Positions 25,186 through 37,880 are shown, numbered from the stretch's first letter. The stretch: 64,000 nt of DNA from Tubiluchus corallicola (GCA_030141605.1 JAQGDQ010000834.1:26342-90341), one strand, 5' to 3'. The notes: generated from the letters alone by a model not told the origin. Program-made: numbers and translations.

Positions 25186-27259
25186 TCAGCTTTCAAGAGG
25201 GAAGACTATAGATATAATGCGAAAAAATGCGGATTACTGAACAAAATTACCGGACGTTTCAGCTATCACGTGATCTAATGCAAGTGTCAAGACTGTGAAT
25301 GATGGATGCAACAGTTCTGTATACTTTCTATTTAAGAGTGGCGTGAGGACCACAGTGTTTGTGTGTTATCCTCGACTGTCACTGAGTCTGATAGTCTGTC
25401 TAATGTGTCCATCGAAAATACGACAGTTTATTGTTTACGATAAACTACAGACTTTGCAGTAGCAACCAAATTATCGTAAACGTAATTGTATATGTAACAT
25501 TATATAATAATAACAATTATAGTCTTCTAACTAACTTGTAATATTTGATATAAATGAAATTTTTAATATAAATTATGTTCCATGTAATGTATAATTAATG
25601 GGGTCTAATACATACGTGTAATGCCATGTCATATATGATAAACACTGTATGTTTGTATGTGTGATATATTTTAACCTATCAGCTATAAAATAATAACAGG
25701 AAAGGGGTAGGAATTGTGATTTTTCATTCATCATCTCATTTTCTCGAGTGCTTTTTATTTTATGTGAACTTTGAATCTGTTTTATAAGCATGTGTGCACA
25801 TTTATGCGTAATACTATAATCGTTTTTCTATTCATTGAATAAATAAATTATCGCAGTCAGCCAGTAACAAAGGTAGCGTCATTAAGTCCTAAGACAGGCG
25901 AAATTAATTAGGCTATAAACAACACTAATTACGCAACTAGTCGAGAGCCTGGTATCTATTGTTCACGTCTTTGAGAATAGTTAAACTGATCTACACTTAG
26001 GATTTTAGGGACCAGTGTAAAATGCGAAATTAGTATTACAATGAATTTTTACCCAGAACAGTAGCTAGTTTGGAGAAAAGCGGATTCAAACAGTTGACCG
26101 CCGCCTAGGTTTCACCTAGGAAATCGGCAAGCCGAAAAAATGCATTAAATTTAGAACCAAAAGCATTTCTTTTGGATGCACAGGCTCAAATTGTGACTAA
26201 TGCTTAACAAGTACATCTGGTTGGTAATTTGGTATAGAATTTAGCGTTACTTCCGGTTTATTTTAATAAGTATTATGGCTCGTTTGTCTCAGCATAACTC
26301 TGGACACTTCTGTCTGGCAGACAAGCAATTTGTCATGTTAAATTCAGCTTTACACTTTACAGTCACTATGAAATTGCATCAATTTTGACGACAGCGGCAG
26401 GCATTCCAAGTTTCTATGCCTGTTCTTTGTTGCACCTACACCTGTTTACAAAGTCAATCATTCTCAAGCCTAATTAGCAAGTGAATGGGTGACTGAGAGA
26501 GAAATTGGTTCTGCTATGTTGCTTCAGACTAGTTCTCTAGCTCAGAAAAGACGCAGAATGTAAATAACAGACATGAAACGATTTAGTATTTCATTTTAAA
26601 TTTTCTGTGACTGGCGTTTACCTAGGTCCCGGTCCCGCTATTAAGTGTTGGACAGAACTTGCAGTATGCCCAGCTACAAAGGAAAAATGCTGTAGACAAA
26701 ATTGTGATTGTTTACTGCAGTGCAAATCAAAAGACAAAGTTGAAATTAGAAGTTAAGTCGCACTTTATTTACTTACCATATGAGTTTACTGTAAGAATGC
26801 GGCTTTGTACAGCAAAATATACTTAATTTAATACAAAAATGTTAGCTCAACCCTTACTAGTATTCAACAGCGCTAGTAGGCCTATCATTAAATCAAGCTA
26901 ATCTATGACAGCACTCATCCTACTGTCTATGCTTAGCAACTAATGTTCAAAGCTTACTTGGCCTATATCATAATTTATTAACTGTCAGCTTTACACACAG
27001 TATACAACTATGCCACAAACGTGTCTAATAAATTATTAAACAACATTCAACAAAGTAGCCTGACCCAGTTGAAAACAAAACCCACTGAGAATGATTTGCA
27101 GCATTATGAAAAATCATCAGTGCCTTGCAAAAATCAAACTGTTCACACTGATTAACCCTTATAAAAGTAACTAAAATGTATATATCTCATATGAGCTACC
27201 TTTGTTTAAGATAAGTTACTAGCTTCTGCCTCATGTTTTAATGCTGATGGCTATCATAC

Positions 27260-27780
27260 CAGTGGCGGCTTGTAGCTAAAACTGCTGAGGTTCTGTATCA
27301 AAAAAATTTTAGCCGCTGATTGAAACAAACATGCGTAATTTTAATGTTGTAATTTGTAATTGTAATTTTAAACAAACAAACATATGAAAGCTCATACATA
27401 AACTTGATAATAACCAAAACAAAAATTTTTTGCTTACGAACAACCTAAATTGACGCAGTTCAAGAATATACCAGTACACAGTTTTTAAGCACGTGACAAC
27501 TGACAAACTGTGTGAGCACCAGTACTTTTTCTGCCTAGCAGCAGTTGTTAGCAATGCAGCATACAGCCTGTTATTTCATACACGTGCGCATGCGCACAAC
27601 AGCCAAACACGCCACTGTGCTGGGCTCTGAAGCAAACAGTATTACCTTCACGTGCTCTGGACGTACAAGTATAAACAAAGAACTAAAGAGAAAAGATTTA
27701 GTATACTGAATATTATCTATAATATTGAGTGAAAACGGGGGTGTTGCAGTTCCACAGTATCTATACACGAGCCGCCACTG
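27260..27780. mobile_element. hAT-type MITE
   Basis: TIR CAGTGGCGGCTYGT; flanking direct repeat ATCATAC(C), 7-8 bp. Confidence 0.85.
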
Positions 27781-30025
27781 ATCATACCAGTATGAAAATA
27801 AATTCTCAATAGTTTTTAAGCTGCAAAAAATCCCAATGAGTTTTACTTCCAGCAAACTCCTTATGCAAACGTAATTATACAAAATAAAAAAACTTAGTAA
27901 TAATACTTCAAATGACCATTATCATGATTATCTAACCTACAACCCCATTCAGCAGATATGTGCAAGCATATTATATTATTAATATTATTTAATATTATAT
28001 TATTTATAATTATATTACACTACAAATAGTCATATTCATGAAAAACTGCAGAGAAGCTTTTTCATTGTTGCCTGAATGATAGATAGCTAGTTAAAAATGA
28101 CCAAAATAAGGACAAAGCTGTTCAGTATTTAACAGTAAAGCTTTTAATGGCAGTGAACGAAATCACGTGAACAGCATTTACAATGTTGTTAATTAATTAA
28201 TTAATTATTATAATCAATCGTGCATCATTAAGATGATTAATGATTAAGATGCGTTTACTTTAACAGCATAATAATAATAATTATTATTATTATTATAATT
28301 ATACACGTACTGTGCGCCCAGATTGTATAACAGAGTTGTGAATTGTCATCAATAATACATCACAAGAATATAGTTTCATTACTTTGTTATTCTCGAGTAT
28401 GGTTCTGCAATCGTACGTATGATCTACAAAAATATTTTTAGAGCTAGCTCACCGCAGGTATAAAGATTCACAGGCCTTTTACAACTTCCCAGGTTTCAAA
28501 AATAAACATTTTACCTGAGGTCGTATGGAGTATTCACCTAGCAGACAAGTTTTGAAAATACATTGTAAATTGGTATAACTATGGCACGAATGTGCGAATT
28601 TTAAAAATTGGCGTCACTGTTTTGACGAGCTTCAGTAGTCTGTATCCAATTTTGTTATAAAAGCAGCAACAGGCATGAGGCAGAGGAGAGAAGCCAGTTC
28701 ATCCAACGTTAACATAAACTTATGTGGGAAGCCCACATGGACATCATAAACAAGTACGCTGGGGCTCTGGAAATCGTAGTACGGACAAACTAGCTTTGCT
28801 GCTGGCGTGAATTTCTTGCCGTTTTGAAGTTGGAGGCACAGAGGTGCAAGACGTTTGCTGCTTTGTTTTCAAAAAAAGTGCTAAAACCATGATGCCGGCC
28901 AGTAACACACATGCACAGAAGATATAGCTATTCTGAAATTTGATAGTTATCGCTGAAGCATTTTCCAATGGACGTATCAATGGTAAATATCTCTGTCTCA
29001 TTGACATCGACACAATACTCCACTTTAGATGGCTATACTTCAAGACGTCGACGACAATAATGATGATGAAAGTGAGGACATGGATTTAGACACGGATCGT
29101 GGATGTAATGTCAGAATTCTGATGGATTGTTGAAACCGTGGTTGGTCGTTTCCGCTTTTCAGACGATCCCTGAGTTGGCGCCACGGTGGCATGGAGGTTT
29201 CCACTCTTGCTTGTTACGTAAAAATAATAGCAAGCCGAACACCTTCAGTGAACATTTAAATTTAATTATTCTCTTCTTAAAACGTTTAAGCTGCATTATT
29301 AAGTTGTATAAGCTGTACCTGCAGATTTAATTCAATTTCTTTTAATTTATGTAGCAATATTCAGCAGAATAATAATAATATAAGGGCATAGATGTACACT
29401 TACGTTGCATTTTACAACATAATGCAGAGGAGAACCAATGTGGGCTGTTTGTCAAAGATAATAATTGTCTGATATTTTAATTTTTAATAATTTAACTGCA
29501 AGACCGGCACAAGAAAAAAATGAATTTATGAAAGACCGCCTACACGGCAGCTTTACTGAATGCCCCAAAAAAGTATCAATTTTTACAGTTTAATATTACA
29601 CGAATTAAAATAGTTTCAAACACGATCTTAAAATTACCAAAGCAGTATTGAGGAGCTTTGTGATCATGATTATCAATAAACAGCAATGTAAAATTAAAAA
29701 AATTAAAAGAAAAGCACTTCCATGATTGAATAATTTGCCATGTTCTTGTTTATAAGTTCAGTAGCTAAGAACCCTTGGTTTTGCAGTGTAAACACGTATA
29801 TTCCGCAAGATGCAAGACCACATCGGTCAAGGCTGTAAAATGGACTGTTATTTTAAAAATTATAACATCTATTTGATTTTGCCAGCTCCTTTGTAAGCAC
29901 CGGTCAAACTCCTAAAAGCAAATGTCATCAAAACTCGACAAAGTCCATATAATGATGGAGCATTTTTAAACAGACCTTTGAACTATTTTGATTAATATTT
30001 TAACAAAAGATGGCACTACAGTCAG

Positions 30026-30604
30026 TTAATATCGAGACGCCTCCACTGTCGCCGTTGATGTCGTTGTTTGGCTAGACTGAGAGCGAATAACTTGCGGTGC
30101 CTCTCCTGCCCGCCAGGCGCGGAACTTGAAGTAGGCATCCACAGCATAGGCGATCATTGCGCAAAAGCCGAAAAACGCTCCAGCACCCCAACCAGCATGC
30201 CTGTGTCGACAACCATACTTGCTGCAGTACACTGCGACGCAGATGGAGGCAATGAGGAAGAAGATGGCCCACACAAGACAATAGATGAACTCGATCAGAT
30301 ACCATGGCACCTTGTATAAGTACCCCACAACATGGAACAGGTATAATATTAGGAGAATCAAGGTAACAACAAAACCGACGACAGCCACGAATTCATAAAA
30401 GGGATCTCCGCCGATACTGCTCCTGTAACTTGCAGAATATCCTACGGAGGCTACACATATAAGACCAATGATATCCAATATTATCTGAACTATCTTCAGG
30501 ATTCCAGGTATTGTGCGCAGATACGCCGGATCAAAATAAGGTTTTGTCGTCTGGGTCCTGGTTGTTGTTACTGTAGTGGTCCTCGTTCCAGATGCGTCCG
30601 CCAT
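30026..30604 (-). CDS. MARVEL-domain tetraspan protein (CMTM/plasmolipin-like), 192 aa, intronless CDS
   Basis: FDPAYLRTIPGILKIVQII N-terminal signature, four TM segments, GAFFGFCAMIAYAVD in TM4, good start context (CAAAATGG), and a 5'-UTR acceptor TTTTTCAG| at 30626. Confidence 0.93.
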   Translation of the reverse strand: MADASGTRTTTVTTTRTQTTKPYFDPAYLRTIPGILKIVQIILDIIGLICVASVGYSASYRSSIGGDPFYEFVAVVGFVVTLILLILYLFHVVGYLYKVPWYLIEFIYCLVWAIFFLIASICVAVYCSKYGCRHRHAGWGAGAFFGFCAMIAYAVDAYFKFRAWRAGEAPQVIRSQSSQTTTSTATVEASRY

Positions 30605-30744
30605 TTTGACAGAGCTCTATTAAACCTGAAAAATTAAAACGCGAGTTAAATTTTGAACAAACGCTGACGAAACCTTCTTTACAGAATTATCTCAGGCGAA
30701 AGCTTACAATTCCCTACACACAAGAAATTAGATCGTGAAGAAGA

Positions 30745-30830
30745 TTAGGGTTAGGGTTAGGATTAGGGCTGGGATTAGGGTTGTGGTTGGGATTAGGGTT
30801 AGGGTTGTGGTTGGGTTAGGGCTAGGGTTA
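30745..30830. repeat. Degenerate (TTAGGG)n interstitial telomere-like tract
   Basis: About 14 hexamers of TTAGGG/CTGGGA/TTGTGG/TTGGG. Confidence 0.85.
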
Positions 30831-31814
30831 CGTTTTCTAAATTGTGTGGGCAATTGTAAATTCCTTTCTTATCATAAAAGGCCACATCTGTTTGCTTCCT
30901 GTCAAATTTCTTGATGGGTACAATATCCCTGAGCGACTTAGGGATTGCTTTTCGGTCAAAGCGTTCAGTTCGAATATGAGGTTTACTGATCTTGCTGTTC
31001 TACATAAATAATGCTTCACAGAGAGGTAGGATTCTCAATGTAGAGTGCCAAAGCAAGATCCCAGTACCGCCACAACCATTAGCATATTAATAGGTCCTGT
31101 TGTCGACTCGTGGCAAATGGCTTACAGGGTGACGAATATAACATTAGATATACATTGCATAGGGTACAAATGCAGGTAGAATACATTATTTACAGTATAT
31201 CATAGTTTAGACTCATATAATATGCTAATAATATCTAAAATCACATCGCCCATTAACTAAGCCTAATCGCCCAGAAAAACATATAATAGTTACTTCAAGT
31301 AATCGTGGTCCATTCCCATATATGAGCTTCATTCATTACGTCATTCCATTTTAAGCACTAATGTTTTTTTTAATCACGATTCACTTTAAATTTTCAGATT
31401 ATCTCCATATTTTTTTCTTTCACTGTGTGGGACAATCTAACAAGCCCGGCTTTTTGTTTGCCCACAACACATTTACCTTCGTGCATAAGTGAACAGTGTT
31501 TGAGGCTTTTCCTGTGCAGTATTTCTTATTTGTATTACGTTCATTGTAGGCCCTTTCACTAGATATTGTATAATCATTGTAAATGTGTAATGTGAAATAA
31601 ATGACTTATGCTTCGCGTTTAATATACTACAAACGAATTGCCAATTATTTTCTCTACAAGTTCTTAATTGAGTTATTAGGCTACAAAATAACGTAGCTGC
31701 AGACTGCAGTCATAAGAGCGAATCAAAAAATATGATCGAAAAATATAAATATCGACCAGCAGATGCCAGCACTAGAATAAGCTGGGTATTTTACTTTTAA
31801 TTAGGACAGAAAAA

Positions 31815-32090
31815 ACACCGGCGCGAAACTTGTAAAAAGCGACATTACGTCACGCGTCAGCAGAAGAAGCCACTATATTCGCGCCTATAATTAGAACCAA
31901 CCAATGAAGCCAGAAACTATTCTGGGAAGACGTGAAAAAGAGGATTCTGTTGCAAAAGTGAGGCACGGCGCTGAGGTATGGCGAACACAACACGCGTTAA
32001 AAACGATTTATGATGCTATCCAGTATAGCAGCCGTCATGAGAAATCTACTAAGCAGCCATACTGAACAGCTTTTGCTGCTATAAAAGAAT
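31815..32090. promoter_or_regulatory. CpG-rich promoter-like segment
   Basis: GGCGCGAAA and TTCGCGCC (E2F-like), TTACGTCA (CRE-like), CCAAT and TATAAAAG cluster 1.2 kb upstream of the MARVEL acceptor. Confidence 0.35.
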
Positions 32091-32317
32091 TGCAAATTAC
32101 ACAATTAACATGTGTGAATTTACAGCGATTATTCTATAAACTTTATTTATAACCTGGCAGATTCTACGTACTCTGCTACGTACTCGAAGTTCTGTAGCAA
32201 ACACCACAGCTGGTGTACAGTACACCCTGATTGCAATATTTGAAAGTTTTGGTGTACTGTACGTCAACAGCTATCGATTTTTAAAGTAAAGGACAAGTCA
32301 CTTTCTTTGCCTGTTAA

Positions 32318-32939
32318 AGCAAAACTGGACCCAATGTTAAACTGCAGGTCAAAACAATCTACTCTTTAAAATGTTGAACGGAAACATTCTATTTTTTTTT
32401 TCAAAAATGACTAACGTGAAAGAATTATTACCACACCAACAGAATTTCGCGTTCTCGAGACTTGTTCTTCGCTGTTACATGCACTTCGCCATTCGCTAGT
32501 TAGACGAGCACTAGCTCCTGCATTTCGGAAACGCATTGCACAAAAAACAGGTGCTGTACATCTCAGTTCAGATGTGTTAGTTTGTGACGAACTACACACG
32601 TTCGACAGCTCATGTGTGAGCACAACGGTAAAGTTGAAGTTTGAAGTTTATCTTAAAACATGCCTAGTTTTAGTACAACACACTGAATATCGTACAGTAG
32701 CACTGTACTTCAATTTTCGCTTTCGCAAACACGTGCAACACACTCGCGGAAAATGTTTGCTGTTGAAAATTATGTTACTTTGTGATGTCATCAATAGTTG
32801 GGCTCGCCCGCCGATAATTAAGTTTTTAATCTATTATTTAATTATCAGAAACGCTTTTGCTGTATTAATCGTGTTAAAATGTATACGTTTTATCGTACTT
32901 GAAAATGGGGTGGTATATGAAAAATTATCCTGTCTTCCT
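32318..32939 (-). mobile_element. Kolobok-like family A, full length (622 bp)
   Basis: TTAA at 32314-32317 and 32940-32943; reverse complement of 23635-24240. Confidence 0.85.
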
Positions 32940-33029
32940 TTAAATTTATTTAAGTGCCACTTAAATTTAGAGCAAGAAAACTGTCTATAAAGCATAAAGT
33001 TAATTTACACTACCGCTGTACAGAAATTT

Positions 33030-33400
33030 TCCGATGACGTTACCGGTGGAGTTCGTGACTTTTCGTAAGAACTTCGTGGCTTCCCTTTAAACTAATTCAA
33101 AGTTCTGCAGCTTACTTAGTGTTCGTACAAAATATCACAAAATTTGATGTCTAATTTTCTCTAAAAATATTCTACCTTTGACAGAAATTGGCAGAAGTGC
33201 AGTGATTTTCTTCAGTAGATGAACGACGTCATTGGTGGAAGAATGGGCGTTCAAAATGGGCGTGCCAAAGCTAGAAATGATCGCGACTTTAAAATGATTT
33301 TACTAATCACACGCGGCACTCATCACACTTATTACACTAAACCCTTTTAACATTTTTCGAGAACATTCAAATAAGCCTAACTTCACAGAAGACCTTTACT
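33030..33400 (+). mobile_element. Kolobok-like family C partial copy
   Basis: Colinear with about 57830-58190 (TTCGTGACTTTTCGTAAG ... GACGTCATTG ... CGACTTTAAA). Confidence 0.7.
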
Positions 33401-33950
33401 TGAAAGACAAAAAGTCTTGTAGAGTAGATTCTGCATTAGTCGAATAGACCATGAATTAAAACTCTGTTTTATAGTCCGAAAAAAACAAAAAAAATGTTTT
33501 AGACAATGACTGTAGCAAGCAATTTGACTAAATTTCACAAATTGTCACCAAGTCTGCGGTTGATTATACATTTTCAGTCGATTGACAAGTTATGAAAAGT
33601 GCAGACAGAAAAGGGCTGTCTTTTCAAAACTTCCGGTGTGGATAAACGCAAGCTCGTAACCAATGAATTACGGTGTTAACGTGGCCGTCTCAACAACATT
33701 ATAGGCCCCCGGGCAAAGCAGTGCGCTGGGGCCCCTACCTACAAAACCACGGACACGACTAAAATGTAAACGGTCGATAAATGAAACATATATTTATTGT
33801 ATCGGTACTTCCAACAAAATCAGTGTTTAAACATTAAAATTAAAAAAACATGATATACAGCAAGGAATATTAGGATGGGACCACCGGGCAATTACCCAAT
33901 GTGCGCATGTATTAAGATGGTCCTCCATGGATGATAACTACACGTAGGAT

Positions 33951-34055
33951 CAGGGCCGGCCTTAAGCTTAGGCAAACTAGGCAACCGCCTAGGGCCTCAC
34001 CCTCCAGGGGGGCCTCACGCCGAGGCAACATTTTTTTGCTTTATGCGAACATATT

Positions 34056-34147
<92 letters not shown>

Positions 34148-34276
34148 CGCATGCCTTTTTTTGAGAATTTTGTGCGTAATTTTATTTTTTTCGTATTTAT
34201 TTTTTATTTTTCTATTTCATTTGGGGCCACCAAATTCACTTCATCTAGGGCCTCCAATTACCTTAGGCCGGCCCTG
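33951..34276. mobile_element. hAT-type MITE containing (CT)n
   Basis: TIR CAGGGCCGGCCT; TSD degenerate. Confidence 0.75.
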
Positions 34277-34329
34277 GTACGACGTAATTCTGCCTTTTGA
34301 TGATATGGTTGATTGTACACCTTGCTGTA

Positions 34330-34618
34330 ATATGATAATAATTATGATGATAATTATAATAATCTTTAATTAAAGTCGGCTTTTACATAAACAATTAACA
34401 TAAGCTGAAAGAGCTATTATCGCCAACTGTAAATAACAACCTACAACTACGCAACAGAGCCTATTATTACCCCACTTTTACCCTAAATACCACGCGCCTA
34501 GCAGGGAAACAGCAGGTAGCATTTTTCAAGTCTTTGGCATGATCCGGCTGGCAGTATCTAACTCACGACATCCCAGACGGAAAGCGGACGCGTTACCACT
34601 GGACTAAACCGACTGGTA
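34330..34618 (-). mobile_element. tRNA-derived SINE
   Basis: Minus strand: A-box-like GTTTAGTCCAGTGG and degenerate B-box GAGTTAGATACT. A central domain GGATCATGCCAAAGACTTGAAAAATGCTACCTGCTGTTTCCCTGCTAGGC follows, then an (ATT/ATC)n tail. Confidence 0.75.
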
Positions 34619-35002
34619 AATATGGAAAACTCTAGAAACCTAAGTCAGGCAACTCTTCTTCGTCTTTCTTCAGAGTGAAGCTAGGTGCTGGATTCCACGC
34701 GCCAACTGCATCATTTAACTGTCATATCGAATAATTACAAACAAATGAGCCCATGGTGGTTATAAGTTGTACGTTAGCTCATAAAAAATTCTTCGTATTA
34801 CACTATCACTTAACTTAACAAGAACAATCCCATTATAACTGATTTATCGCGTACACATTACAGTTAATTTACAGCCTAATGTCCAGTTCTGATATTGCTA
34901 GCTCGTAAAGATGTGACAAATTTTGCAGCTTTGGCAGAAAATTGCCTTAGTTGCTGAGGAACGCGCGAGAAACAAAACTTAAAAACTTAGAATAAGACCT
35001 AA

Positions 35003-35580
35003 CGATTTTTCATATACTACCCCATTTTCAAGTCGGATAAAAAGAATGCATTTTAACACAATTAATACTGCAAAAGCGTTTCTGATAATTAAATAATAGA
35101 TTAAAACCTTAATTAACGGCGGGTGAGCCCAACTATTGATAACATCACAAACTAACATAATTCACAATGGCCAAAATATTCCGCGAGCGTGCTGCACGTG
35201 TTTGCAAAAGCGAAAATTGATATTCAGTGTATTGTACCAAAACTAGGCAAGTTTTGAGATAAACATTCAAATTTCAAATTTACCGCTGTGCTCACGCAAG
35301 AGCTGTCGAAAGTGTGTAGTTAGTCACAAATTAACACATTTTAACTGGGACCTGTTTTTTGTGCAACGCGTTGCCGAAATGCAAGCGATAGTGTCCGTCT
35401 AACTAGCGAATGACGAAATGCAAGTAACAGCGAAGAACTAGTGGCGCGAACGCGAAATTGCGTTTGTGTGGTAATGATTCTTTCACGTAAGTCATTTTTG
35501 AAGAAATAATAATCTTCCTTTCAAAATTTTGAAGAGTAGATTGTTTCGACCTGCAGCTTACGATTGGGTCCGGTTTTGCT
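35003..35580 (+). mobile_element. Kolobok-like family A, slightly 5'-truncated
   Basis: Colinear with 23648-24240; ends GGTTTTGCT-TTAA. Confidence 0.85.
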
Positions 35581-36533
35581 TTAATCCTCACCCTGTTAAC
35601 AGCGTGAAGTTGGACTGATGTTTTTGTTTTTAGTTAGCTGAATAATCTTGCACAAGGAGTGAATGCACAAGAGCATTCTCCACTAGAAAGCAAAGCGGAT
35701 CAATTCCGAATCATTGATGAAGAGCGATCTTACAAAGAAAATGCATATTACTTGATTTTATTCGGCAGTAAAAACATAAATAATTTGTCTAAAAATTGTG
35801 CACAGAAATCACAGCTAAACTGTGCCGACTGCATGAGGTTTCAAACATTTTAATGATAAAGAACGTACGTAGTTAAACTGCTGAATTATTCGAATGTACA
35901 CTTTTAGAGGCTCGAATCGAATTAAAGATCTCCTCGATTCGAACGTTCGATGCTCACCCCTATCTCGCGCCACTACAGCTTACGTTACTGTCGTCTCAAA
36001 TGCCCCCTCTTACTACGGTAGTAAATACGGCACTTCAGAAAATTGCAAGGCATTACGATAATAACCAAACCTGCTGGTCACGCATGCGCTGTAAGTACAC
36101 TTAGTTAAATCACACGAGTAAAGTCACGTGATAATTGCAGTCAAATTACAACCTTCATGAGTGGAATAACCGGTTCGCATTCCATAAATTCCTCATTTTT
36201 TGAACAAACGGCACTCTCTCTTCTTGAGTTGGTCTACTTTTTTGCATATTCGTCTCACATTTAAAATACTTGCTTTAAGTGAATTCCTTATAATTTTAGT
36301 ATCAAGAAAATTTGTTAAGCTGATATAACGAATCAAGAATTGTTAAATTTTCACAACAAATCCGTCCGAAAGGTGAAAAATCGGGAGTGATCTTAAATGC
36401 GAGTTCCTGGAAGGATAGAGGTCTTTCGTCCAGTCCGAACTTTTTTACATTTTCTTCCTTTACGACTGGATTCGTTTTCAAATTTCCAATAGTTTTGTAC
36501 AGGGCTAGTTTTGTACGGGTACATAGTTTTGTA

Positions 36534-37150
36534 CAGACTGTTTATATTCGGGCGAAAGACGATAGGAATTCAAATCTCAACTCGGATTTATTCCTATCGT
36601 CCTTCGCCCGTATATAAACAGTCCGTTGGGGATGAAATTTTACAACTCTCGTCGTGTTTTCTACATGCTGTTTTGTTTTTATTTATGATTTATGTGAATT
36701 TACATTAGAATTGGTAATTATGTTTATTATGATTGTACTCGCTGTTTTTCATTGTGTATAATGTTGTAAATTTTTGTTACTAATTATTAAAAAAAGCTCA
36801 TTATCATGTATGTACTGTTGGATTATAATTTGTAGCTATGTCTATTGTATCTGATCGTTGTCGTTCAATGTGTCTCATGCGTTGGATTCTAAATTATATA
36901 TATATATTGTATCTGATCGTTGTCGTTCAATGTGTCTCATGCGTTGGATTCTAAATTATATATATATATATATATATATAATTTAGAATCCAACGCATAT
37001 ATATATATATATAATTTAGAATCCAACGCATGAGACACATTGAACGACAACGATCAGATACAATAGACATAGCTACAAATTATAATCCATATATATATAT
37101 TATATTATATATTCACATATATATTATATTCACATATATATATATGTGAA
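36534..37150 (+). mobile_element. Dispersed repeat with inverted duplications at both ends (possibly a Penelope-like 3' end)
   Basis: About 36590-36897 is nearly identical to 58815-59134. Hairpin between 36534-36570 and 36591-36625; exact foldback between 36820-36900 and 37008-37088. Confidence 0.6.
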
Positions 37151-37310
37151 TAGGTTTAATACGTTGTAAATGCTTCTAGAAATTTTAAACATATCCCTAT
37201 AAATAGAGGGAATGTATTCTGTACATAGTTTTTAAAAATAAATAATAATAATAATAATAATAATAATCCTTTACGACTGGATTCGTTTTCAAATTTCCAA
37301 TAGTTTTGCA

Positions 37311-37679
37311 CAGGACTGGATTATCCTATAGGCTAGTATAGGCTGCAGCCTAGAGCCCCACAAGCTTTGTAATATTTGGTAAAACACCAGTTTTTTCACT
37401 ATGCTTGTGTTGAAATATGTGATAATTTGGTTAGCAATAAATAGTAAAATACTCGTATTTCTTTAAGAATATTTTATTAACAAACAAAAGATAACTATTC
37501 TAGTTTATTTAAAGAATTTGCGGTAAATTTACTTCAAGCTAGGTAAATATCGCTAAAATAATTCACGAGTAAAAAAACACTCAATACAGAGGTGCCGGCG
37601 AGTTAGAGTGTTGCTCCGTCTGCGTAGGACCTCATGATTTGTTTAGCCTAGGGGCTCTAAAGGTCATAATCCGGCCCTG
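37311..37679. mobile_element. hAT-type MITE
   Basis: Imperfect TIRs CAGGACTGGATTAT / ATAATCCGGCCCTG; degenerate 8-bp flanks GTTTTGCA / GTTTGGAG. Confidence 0.7.
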
Positions 37680-37880
37680 GTTTGGAGTACATTCCATAGC
37701 TACTTAGTAAGTGTAACTTACAGCTCTGCATTGGTGAGAAAGAAAGAATAAAAAAGCTTGCTAGTGTAGCCCAATCATTACAGGAAGACATTGAATGTGT
37801 GTGTGTGTGTGCGTGCGTGCGTGCGTGTCTGTGTGTGCGTGCGTGACTACACATACATCATTCATATACATATAAAGCAT

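Noticed and set aside
28690-29130. GC-richer stretch with ORF 28744-29043
   Set aside because: No splice-consistent model or recognisable motif; it is possibly a decayed transposase or part of the MARVEL 3' region.
30068-30319. ORFs overlapping the MARVEL CDS
   Set aside because: They are shadow frames of a real coding exon.
32411-32990. Recurring ORFs such as MLTHELSNVCSS and MLVCDELHTF (also at 23939, 44176, 60368)
   Set aside because: They are chance frames in family A copies; stops and frameshifts differ between copies.
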